NCBI GenBank assembly: GCA_019056805.1
Contig: DXJG01000013.1
Span: 1 to 32,000, forward strand
Length of the DNA stretch: 32,000 bases
Direction of reading: 5' to 3'
From: Candidatus Baldrarchaeota archaeon
GTDB taxonomy: Archaea; Asgardarchaeota; Baldrarchaeia; Baldrarchaeales; DXJG01
In this document: positions 9,071-17,599 of the stretch, piece after piece
Layout: the number at the start of each line of letters is the position of its first letter
Position numbering within the stretch: the first letter of the stretch is position 1
The notes under the pieces: generated by a model
The model's database searches: none
Told to the model about the DNA's origin: nothing
Seen by the model: the letters and a program-made list of their open reading frames with translations, nothing else
Made by a program: the position numbers and the translations under genes

Positions 9071-10486
9071 TTAGGTATATTGTTGTTTTCGCTGGTAAAA
9101 TTCATAAACTTTAGCTAGCGCATTAGCAGCCCTTATAATGGATGTAAATACTGGTATCTTGGCATTTAAAAACTGATTTTTGGCTTCTAACCATGCTTGT
9201 TCACAATAAGTTAAGGGAAGAACAACTAGAAAAGGCTTATCCGCAGCTAAATATTGACGTCCAGTTTCAACAAAAATTTTAATCATTTTTTTAACTATGC
9301 CGCGTTGACCGAAACTTTCTCTCAAAGTTAAAAAGTGAACTTGAAAATCAAAAATAAGAGCATCAATATATTCCATAACTTCCTGTAAAACAAACTCTAC
9401 AGCATTAGGATCAAAAAAGGAACTAGCTAAATCAATAGGATTTTTAATATTCACACCAACTGGTTGAACTACTCTGTGAATTTTTTCTTGAACTTCTCGA
9501 GGCAACTCGGGAATATTAAAACCAAACTGTGCAGCTACATCTGTACAAACAACGCTAGAACCACCACTAATCGAAAGAATACCAATATTTCTACCCTCGG
9601 GCGGCGGAAGAAAAGAGAAAGCACAGAGAAGATCAATCATTTCCTCTAAACTATGAACACTTACAGCATTAGCCTGTTTAAAAACACTTTCCCATATCTG
9701 AGCAGAACCAGCCAAAGCACCTGTATGGGAAGCAACAGCTTTAGAACCCAGTTCAGTGATTCCACCTTTCCAAACAACAACAGGTTTTTCAACTGTTGTT
9801 TTCTTTAAAACAGACAATAGCTTACTACCGTTTTTTATTCCCTCAATATATAACCCGATAATTTTTGTCTCTTCGTCCCAACGAAGGTATTCTAAAAGAT
9901 CAGTACTATCAAGATCAGCTGCATTTCCATAAGAGAAAACTTTCGAGAATTTCAGACCCCAAACAGCACCACAAATAACAACACCGATAGCATTTCCACC
10001 ACTTTGAGAAATAAAACCTACATTTCCACTATCTTTCGGCAGGTCAGGTCTAAAACTTAATTTTCGTCTTGGAGCATAAACACCCATACAATTTGGTCCA
10101 AAAGCTTTAATCCCAGTTTTTTTAACAATCTCAGCAACTTTCTTCTCCAATAAAACTCCTTCTTTTGTACCTGTTTCAGAAAAACCAGATGAAAAAATAG
10201 TAACCAATTTAACATCCTTTTTAGCACAGTCTTCTAAAACTTTCGGGACAATTGGAGCAGGAACAGCAATTATAGCAAAATCCACATCTTGAGGAATATC
10301 TAAAATACTTGGATAACATTTAAGCCCTAAAACTTCTTTCTCCTTAGGATTTACTGGGAAAATTTTCCCTGGAAAACCGTATTCTAAAAAAGATCTAACC
10401 CAGTAAAATCCTCTCGTGCGAGAAGCCCCAATGATGGCAACGGATTTAGGTTTCAATAAATTATCAAAGCTCATGGGGTCGAACAC
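9071..10486 (-). CDS. acyl-CoA synthetase (NDP-forming) alpha subunit
   Basis: PKSVAIIGAS CoA-binding domain, GPNCMG, SQSGG, phospho-His SHTGALAG, NPIDL; no ATP-grasp domain. Confidence 0.88.
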   Translation of the reverse strand: MFDPMSFDNLLKPKSVAIIGASRTRGFYWVRSFLEYGFPGKIFPVNPKEKEVLGLKCYPSILDIPQDVDFAIIAVPAPIVPKVLEDCAKKDVKLVTIFSSGFSETGTKEGVLLEKKVAEIVKKTGIKAFGPNCMGVYAPRRKLSFRPDLPKDSGNVGFISQSGGNAIGVVICGAVWGLKFSKVFSYGNAADLDSTDLLEYLRWDEETKIIGLYIEGIKNGSKLLSVLKKTTVEKPVVVWKGGITELGSKAVASHTGALAGSAQIWESVFKQANAVSVHSLEEMIDLLCAFSFLPPPEGRNIGILSISGGSSVVCTDVAAQFGFNIPELPREVQEKIHRVVQPVGVNIKNPIDLASSFFDPNAVEFVLQEVMEYIDALIFDFQVHFLTLRESFGQRGIVKKMIKIFVETGRQYLAADKPFLVVLPLTYCEQAWLEAKNQFLNAKIPVFTSIIRAANALAKVYEFYQRKQQYT

Positions 10487-10831
10487 TATAGTTCCCTCAA
10501 CATCATTTGTTTTGTTGCATGAAATTTTAAGTTAAAGCTAAACTTAATGAAAGCAATTACAACAACTACAGCTAAAACTGTTATAAATACTTAAGTTTCA
10601 CACAACACACTAACTTAAGCTTCAAGACTATATAAGAAATAGGTCATTGTTTATAGCAGTTTCATAGCTTCATAGAAGGCACATTACCGATAAAATAACA
10701 TTACATGATGAATATCATACCTAACGCTTTCAATATTTCAGTTTGTTATAATAAATCACAATCTTAGAAGATTCCAAAATTCTCTAAACTCACATTGATG
10801 TAAAATTGAAAAGAAAATTAGATAGTTGTGT

Positions 10832-11836
10832 TTAAATTCTGGTTAGTAAATCAAGAATAATGACAGCAGCTGTTAAAAATGATAAAATTGAGATTGCTCT
10901 AAGTATGTAGAACTTTGCAACTTTCTTCTCATAATATCTTCTTGGACCAATATTAAGAAGGATAGGAGCAAGAAGAGAACCAATTAAAAGACCAAGAACG
11001 TTTTCAAGAGTAAGTAAAAATGATCCAAGAAACATTTGAGAATCTAACATTCCAATAGCTATACCAACAACCACAGAAGGAGGTAATACCGCAGCAGCTA
11101 TAGCTATTCCAGCAAGAATTTCTGGTATATCCATTGCCATAGCCATAATCGCTGCAAATCCAAGCAAAATCGTCATAATAACATAAATTAAGCTTGGCTC
11201 ACTTCTTAACATTATTTCAGACCCGGTTTCAAGAGGGAAAATAAATCGCAATAGAAAAGTAAGTAGAGCTGAGAAAGAGATTACTACCCCTACGAAAGAT
11301 AATAGCTCGAGTAAAGCTTTTAACGAATCTTTTATTTTTCCAAGAGCAGAATTGATCGAAAAACTGTATATTGGTCCCAATATTGGTGACAATAACATTG
11401 CACCAATTATAATTGCTATGTTGTTTAAGAAAAGGCCTATTAGGGCTATTAAACCAGCAACTACGGTGAGAGTAAGTTTTGGAACATCTATTATTGTATA
11501 TTTTTTTGCTTCCAATAGAAGCTTTTCTATCGGAGTTTGTGGCTTTATTTTTCCATTTCTATTCAGTTTCCCTCTTATCCGGTCAAATTTCGTCGATATA
11601 GCTGCCTCAACATTAGAAACAAGCATAATATTTTTTGAAAATCTGAAATCAATATTTTCCATTAATTCCTGAATTAGTTCATTAAGAATTTCATCAGGAA
11701 CAAGCAAGTCAACATGATATATTTTACTCCCATCTGATTCCATTTCCTCAACATATTTTGGTAAATCTCTAGATTCGATAATACTTATTGCTTTTTTAAA
11801 GCTCCTTTCCAGCAAGTATAATTCTAATTTTTTCAT
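10832..11836 (-). CDS. TIGR00341 / DUF389 membrane protein
   Basis: IIIGAMLLSPILGP, AGIAIAAAVLPP, LLTLENVLG with about 7 TM segments after a soluble N-domain. Confidence 0.88.
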   Translation of the reverse strand: MKKLELYLLERSFKKAISIIESRDLPKYVEEMESDGSKIYHVDLLVPDEILNELIQELMENIDFRFSKNIMLVSNVEAAISTKFDRIRGKLNRNGKIKPQTPIEKLLLEAKKYTIIDVPKLTLTVVAGLIALIGLFLNNIAIIIGAMLLSPILGPIYSFSINSALGKIKDSLKALLELLSFVGVVISFSALLTFLLRFIFPLETGSEIMLRSEPSLIYVIMTILLGFAAIMAMAMDIPEILAGIAIAAAVLPPSVVVGIAIGMLDSQMFLGSFLLTLENVLGLLIGSLLAPILLNIGPRRYYEKKVAKFYILRAISILSFLTAAVIILDLLTRI

Positions 11837-12169
11837 TACTCTTCACCTTCCCAGTAACATTGGCAGAAGTTAGTGAACCCCTTACATTCAAGCAAACCAC
11901 AAGGTATCAACTTAAACAAAAGAGAGCTACTGAGTGCCTCATCACTCTATATCACTAATTCATACTCCATGAGTCACCTTATTTGTAAACAAGTTTTTAT
12001 TAAGCTTTTAAGTAACCTATTGTTCACATAATAATTTTTTAAGTGTTTCGCTTCAAAAATTTAGATTTACTAACCTTTTTTCGTTTAAAAAGACGTAAAA
12101 AAACTGTTTTCAATTTCAATAACCCATTTCAAAAATAAAGATTAAAAAGAAAGCATTTGTCTATTTCTT

Positions 12170-12784
12170 TTAAACAACGGAAGTAATACCTGTTTCTTCT
12201 ATCGTTGCAGTTGCGTGGACAACCCCACCAACGTTATGCTCCGTGAGAAATATTGTTTTTCCCTTTTCAGCTTTACAATATATATCAATGTATAGTTTGT
12301 ATGTTATGCCTTTTTGTAAAGTTACTGGTTCATCGAATCTTATTAAAATCGGTAAGGTTCTATTTGAAGTTATAAGTAGATTTCCTTCTTCATCGTATGC
12401 ATTTATGTTTCTTGCATATAAATGAAGAGCTCTATAGGTACCCTCAGCAACGAAAAGATCATCGTAACCTTTAACAAATTCAAGACCATTAGCACTTAAA
12501 TTCAACGATATACTTACATCCTGAGCCACGACAGCCTGCCCTGGTACATTTGAATGTTCACCCTCTCCTGCTGGTATCCAAACGAATCTCACAACTTCCA
12601 TCAGAATGTAACTGTAATTTAACTGTACAGGATGTCCAGGTGGCGGTGGATCAATAAAATACACATCCACAACTGCTGCTCCAGCAATATAACCTTGAAT
12701 ATTTGATCCATAATATGTCCACGTTAAACCTAATGCCAATACTGCGAACAATACAGCTATTATAGTTCTCTCTTTTCGATTCAA
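12170..12784 (-). CDS. N-terminally anchored secreted protein, DUF4382-like
   Basis: Basic N-terminus + hydrophobic helix, then IDPP, beta-rich body, GTY..LHL and L.IDI resembling DUF4382; TTG start after GGGGTGA. Confidence 0.5.
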   Translation of the reverse strand: MNRKERTIIAVLFAVLALGLTWTYYGSNIQGYIAGAAVVDVYFIDPPPPGHPVQLNYSYILMEVVRFVWIPAGEGEHSNVPGQAVVAQDVSISLNLSANGLEFVKGYDDLFVAEGTYRALHLYARNINAYDEEGNLLITSNRTLPILIRFDEPVTLQKGITYKLYIDIYCKAEKGKTIFLTEHNVGGVVHATATIEETGITSVV

Positions 12785-12915
12785 TTGTTTTCACCCCAAA
12801 ACTTTAAATTTAACTTGATACAATTATGTTAAAATGAAAATATAATCTTTTAGTTACACTTTTATCGAAATCTAACATTCGACCCCAATCGAAGTACACA
12901 GGAAGGCCTCCTAAA

Positions 12916-13766
12916 ATGTCAAAGAAAAACAAAGATGAATCGATTATATTTGAAGCAGCATCACACCCAGCTAGAAGAAAAATAATAAAATTAATCGGAG
13001 AAAAAGGAGGCGTCACATATAAAGATTTATCAAAACTCGGAATAGAAACCGGAACACTCTACTTCCATTTAAATTCCCTCATGAGCAAACCATATCCAAT
13101 AATTCAACGAGACGAAAAGAAAAGATATATCTTAACACCTTTAGGAGAACTAACCTACAAATTAATAACAGAAACCGAAGACAAAATCGCATGGATCACA
13201 ACTAAAGAAACCTCAAAAACATCTAAACTACCCGCAAATATAGGAAAACCCTAGGATTTAAACAAATTTTACAAACAATATATAAAACACCAAAAAGCTA
13301 TATTCCCAATGCAATAACACTCTCAACACTATATGGCATCACCTCATTTTATTCAGAACAAACACCCTTAATCTTACTGATACTTCCCCGTAAATTGCCT
13401 TTGCTACAAACAATAGCCTTGGCAATACTCTCTTGGCTTACAATATTCGGCATTTCCGAAATGCTCTCCAGAGGAATCTATAAAAAAACGGAGAATACAA
13501 CCAAACTCTTAGTAGGGTCAACCATTCCATTAATACCTCCCACAATAAGTATGGGACTAAACATCCTAGTCAAATCTTTTAACCTCCGATTTTTCCCAAG
13601 AACAACATTAGCTATATCAATATTCTTCCTTTTCTCAGAAGTATGGTCACTATGGACATTAACATACACGATAGGCTTAGCAAAAGACCTAAAACCTACC
13701 AAAGCAGCACTAATAGCACTAATAATAGGATACATAAATTTAACATTGCTACAACTCCTTAAATGA
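12916..13766 (+). pseudogene. ArsR-like wHTH + multi-TM membrane protein split by a -1 frameshift near 13231
   Basis: The wHTH ORF (SHPARRKII..TLYFHL..YILTPLG) stops at 13254. The membrane-domain frame is open from 13227 to 13766. One extra base joins them into 283 aa. Confidence 0.65.
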
Positions 13767-14004
13767 CAGTAGAAATACGAAAAGGGTGAGAAAAAGACTT
13801 AAATCTGATAGAGTAATACTTTTTCTAAATTCAGTAATACTAATCTGGTGCCATGTAATGACTAAAATAACTATGATTGGTTATTAATTTAGACTATCTA
13901 TTTTGAAGCTGTTAAAAAATGAATGAAGTTACATAAAATTTCATTACTAAAATCAGTGTTTTTATAGTATGAAGATTATTCTCTAAAAATGGAGAGATAT
14001 TTAT

Positions 14005-14529
14005 ATGGATGAGAAAGAGCTTAAGAGATTTGTAAAACCTTACTATGAGTCTAAAGATATTATGCACAATTTTTCTCACGTTTTAAGAATATTGCGAGAA
14101 GCTGAAAAACTTGCTAAAAACTACGATATTGGCAAAGAACTTTTAACGTATGGAGCATATTTGCATGGAGTAGTGCCTAAACATGAAGAAGCAGCGAGAC
14201 AATTTCTTAAAAAGCAGGGTTTGTCTGAGCAGAGAATCAACCAAATTATCCAAGTCGCATGGGAATCGCATAAAGAAGTTGAACCACAGCCCATTGAAGG
14301 AAAAATTCTACACGATGCGCATCTAATTGAAGGAGGAAAAACCTTCATGATCGTAAAATCTCTAATAACAGGAGCACTACGAGGACAAACCCTACAAGAA
14401 ACAATAAAATACATCGAAAATAATCTGCTAGGCAAATTTCACTGCTATTTGCCAGAAGCAAAAAAGCTCTACAAGGAAAAAGAAATTTTTGCACGAGAAT
14501 TCCTAAAAGAATTAAAGAAGCATCTTTGA
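14005..14529 (+). CDS. HD-domain-like protein with variant metal motif
   Basis: MHNFSHVLR, YLHG, LHDAHLIE occur in HD-like spacing. Confidence 0.65.
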   Translation: MDEKELKRFVKPYYESKDIMHNFSHVLRILREAEKLAKNYDIGKELLTYGAYLHGVVPKHEEAARQFLKKQGLSEQRINQIIQVAWESHKEVEPQPIEGKILHDAHLIEGGKTFMIVKSLITGALRGQTLQETIKYIENNLLGKFHCYLPEAKKLYKEKEIFAREFLKELKKHL

Positions 14530-14615
14530 ATCTTATTTTCAGTTGTTTGCTCTAGATTGTAGTACATTATTATTTAAATTGTTCAGTTTTAGTATTTTAG
14601 TGCTGGTGAGTTGAA

Positions 14616-15587
14616 ATGATGAAGGAGGTTATCAATTTCTACATTGATGAGATGAAAGACTCGACATTATACAAAGCTTTAGCAAAGATTGAAAAAGATG
14701 AGGACATAAAAAAAGAGTTGTTGAAGCTATCTTCAATGGAGAAGGGTCACGCAGATTTTTGGAAAACATTTCTCCTAAGTAGAGGAGTTAAAGTTAAAGA
14801 ATACAAACCCAGTTTCATTATAGGGTTATATAGGGTTCTTCGGAAAATTTTTGGTCTTGCTTTTACCTCAAAAGTTATGGAAATGGGTGAAGCGAAAGCA
14901 ATTAGAAAATACTATGAATTTTACCAGAAAGCTGATATATCTGAAGAAGAAAAGAAGCAAATAGAGAAAATAATCGAAGACGAACTGTTACATGAAGATG
15001 TTTTCCATAAAATGAGTAGTAGCGAAAAAATAGAACATATACGAGATGTTTTCCTCGGAATGAACGATGGCCTCGTAGAGATACTGGCAACAGTTGCAGG
15101 ACTAACTGGAGCATACAGCGGAAACCCCTACATTGTAGGAATTATAGGGAGCATAGTAGGTATTTCAGGTATGCTTTCAATGGTTATAGGAACTTACATA
15201 TCTGTAAAGAATCAAAGACAGGTAAAAGAACAGAAAATATTTGAGAATAGGGTTTTACATGAACTTTTAAACCAAAAAATGGGTATAGAAGAGACTTTAG
15301 AGAATCCTTTAAAAGCTGCATATTATACAGGGCTCTTCTATCTTCTCGGAACAATCCTAACAGTATTCCCCTTCTTCCTAGGGTTAAACAGCACATCCGC
15401 TCTTTTAACATCCGCTACTGCAGCTATCATTGCATGGATTATTTCAGGTTTCATAGTAGCGTTAACCAGCGGCTTAAGTGCCACAAGAAAGATATTAGAA
15501 ATGCTTATAACAGGCCTAGGAGCTGCGACCATAACCTACACAATAGGTTCGCTTATATCATCTATCTTAGGAATAAGCCTCCTATAA
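14616..15587 (+). CDS. rubrerythrin-like domain + VIT1/CCC1 iron exporter
   Basis: E..D..LY, E..H (EKGH, ELLH) di-iron motifs, then RDVFLGMNDGLVE VIT1 signature and TM helices. Confidence 0.9.
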   Translation: MMKEVINFYIDEMKDSTLYKALAKIEKDEDIKKELLKLSSMEKGHADFWKTFLLSRGVKVKEYKPSFIIGLYRVLRKIFGLAFTSKVMEMGEAKAIRKYYEFYQKADISEEEKKQIEKIIEDELLHEDVFHKMSSSEKIEHIRDVFLGMNDGLVEILATVAGLTGAYSGNPYIVGIIGSIVGISGMLSMVIGTYISVKNQRQVKEQKIFENRVLHELLNQKMGIEETLENPLKAAYYTGLFYLLGTILTVFPFFLGLNSTSALLTSATAAIIAWIISGFIVALTSGLSATRKILEMLITGLGAATITYTIGSLISSILGISLL

Positions 15588-15784
15588 CAAGTATCAAACT
15601 CATCTAACAATTTCCACAACCATTTATATTTAAATATTTGTGTAAAATAGTGTTTTAAAGCTAATATTGCATTTTTAGAAATCTTAAAAATCAGTTAATT
15701 CTATCAAAGGTAAATAGTTATAATTATCATTGTAATATATAGTCATAGACTTTGAATAGTTTAATATCAATTGGAGCTGGTTAA

Positions 15785-16531
15785 ATGTCTAGTGTTTCTA
15801 CCCTTTTATTATCTTTAAAAAAGAACAAAGCAACCTTAACAGAGTTAAAAGAAGCTTTTAACCGCAGTATTGACATGATTAGCCGAGACCTAGATTCGTT
15901 AACTGAGCGATTAGAACGGTTAAAAAATAAACTCGAAGAAAGACAAAGCATCGAAGAAGAAAAAGAAAAAACAGTATCAGAATTAGAAGCCGCCGTTTCT
16001 AATTTAGAAAGAGAAAAAACACAAACAGAAACCAAGCTTTCAACACTTAAAGAAACCGAATCCCAGCTCAATGAACAACTAAAGGAACTAGAAAGCGAAT
16101 TAATCAAAGTTCAAGATAATATAACCAAAATGAAAGATAGTATTTCCAAGCTTACCCAAGCTTGCAAAGAAAAAGAAGATGAAATCACCAGATTAGAAAA
16201 GCAAATTGAGGACATAAAGAAAGAACATGATAAGGCTATAGCTTCTTTAAGATCATCATACGAAAAAGAATCAAATAGACTAAACGAATTAAAAGCAAAA
16301 TATTCTGCCCTGAAATTTTTGATAAAGAAAAACATTTTGGAAATACCAGAACTCAAAGTAATTCAAGTAATAAAAGATCAAAAAACTACAACCATCAGCT
16401 TCATAGAGAAAAGCACCTCACTAAAAACATCATTCATTCAACACGTTGTTAAAGGATTAGCTGACAGAGGAGTTATAGAATATAATGCAAGTACAGGCGA
16501 AATAAAGACTTTGAGAGAAATTGAAATTTAA
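15785..16531 (+). CDS. long coiled-coil protein with C-terminal winged helix (paralog A)
   Basis: About 170 aa of E/K/L heptads, then IPELKVIQVI..TISFIEK..VVKGLADRGVIEYNASTGEIK. Confidence 0.8.
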   Translation: MSSVSTLLLSLKKNKATLTELKEAFNRSIDMISRDLDSLTERLERLKNKLEERQSIEEEKEKTVSELEAAVSNLEREKTQTETKLSTLKETESQLNEQLKELESELIKVQDNITKMKDSISKLTQACKEKEDEITRLEKQIEDIKKEHDKAIASLRSSYEKESNRLNELKAKYSALKFLIKKNILEIPELKVIQVIKDQKTTTISFIEKSTSLKTSFIQHVVKGLADRGVIEYNASTGEIKTLREIEI

Positions 16532-16553
16532 TTTAAGAATGGAGGTTCCAATA

Positions 16554-17288
16554 ATGTCTGAAACATCTGGTATTAGGGATTTACTGAAAAAGATTGAAGA
16601 AGAAACATCAGGATTTAAAGAATCTATCGTTTCTAAACTCGAATCAATAATTGAAGAAGTAAAAATATCAAATAAAGCAGTAGAGGATGTTGAAAAAGAA
16701 ATAGAAACTACTGAAACTCGAATCAAAAAATATGATGAGCAAATTACTGAATTAAAAGAGAAGAAATCCAATCTCGAACAAGCAGTTAAAAATCTTAAAG
16801 CAAATGTTGAAGAGACGAATAATAAAATAATAGAACTTAAAGACAAAATATCTAATATCAAAACTAAGCTGGAAGAAGCAAATGAAGAACTTGCACAATT
16901 AAAGAACGAAAACGAAAAGAAAAAAGAAGAATTAGAAGAATTAAATGAAAAAGTAAGGCAACTTGAAGAAGAAGTTACCCGTATTAAGAAAGCTAATGAG
17001 GAAGAATTCGCAGAAAAAAGTACTGGCCTCAACAAAATAAGAGAAGAGCTAAGTAGTTTAGTAAAAGAAAATGCTGTAGTCGACTTCATATTAGCTGAGG
17101 GAAGTTACACCACCCCAGAAGTAGAAATTCTTACAATACTATTTCAAACAAAAGTATCAAGCATAGAAGAAATAAAAAGAGGAGTTAAAGTTCCCCCAGT
17201 AATGACCGTAAGAACCATAAAGAAACTAGCTGAAATGAAAATCTTAAGCTACGACGAATCAACAGGACAAATAAAACTTCTACTTTAA
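16554..17288 (+). CDS. long coiled-coil protein with C-terminal winged helix (paralog B)
   Basis: Heptad coil, then TPEVEILTIL..SIEEIKR..TIKKLAEMKILSYDESTGQIK. Start moved to ATG 16554 after GGAGGT. Confidence 0.8.
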   Translation: MSETSGIRDLLKKIEEETSGFKESIVSKLESIIEEVKISNKAVEDVEKEIETTETRIKKYDEQITELKEKKSNLEQAVKNLKANVEETNNKIIELKDKISNIKTKLEEANEELAQLKNENEKKKEELEELNEKVRQLEEEVTRIKKANEEEFAEKSTGLNKIREELSSLVKENAVVDFILAEGSYTTPEVEILTILFQTKVSSIEEIKRGVKVPPVMTVRTIKKLAEMKILSYDESTGQIKLLL

Positions 17289-17537
17289 CAAACAACACAG
17301 AATTTACCTCTTCAACGCGAACAACCGTTAACCTCAACTTTTTATTCTACATTTATTATCCTTTAAACGAGTAAAATGAGTCGTCATCAATACTTTCTTA
17401 TTTTTTAGTTAGAGGATATCTACTTTTATTATGGGACATCTGTCGTTATAGCTCTTGTTTGGATTGAGTGGAGCTAAAATTTGGTTTCACCTTACGTGGC
17501 AGATTCGTAGCAATATTTAGTAACATCGGGTTATAGT

Positions 17538-17553
17538 GAATAAAATTTATATA
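17538..17553 (+). promoter_or_regulatory. BRE/TATA promoter of the surface-protein gene
   Basis: GAATAAAA followed by TTTATATA at 17546-17553, about 47 nt before TTG 17600. Confidence 0.55.
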
Positions 17554-17599
17554 TATTCCAACGACTAAAAGAGCCTAAATTGCTGGTTGAGGGAAGGTT

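Noticed and set aside
15785-17288. Calling the coiled-coil pair SMC/Rad50 or CdvB/ESCRT-III
   Set aside because: There are no Walker A/B, signature, hinge or hook motifs, and the continuous heptad rod does not look like a Snf7 helical hairpin. Only the wH head is reminiscent.
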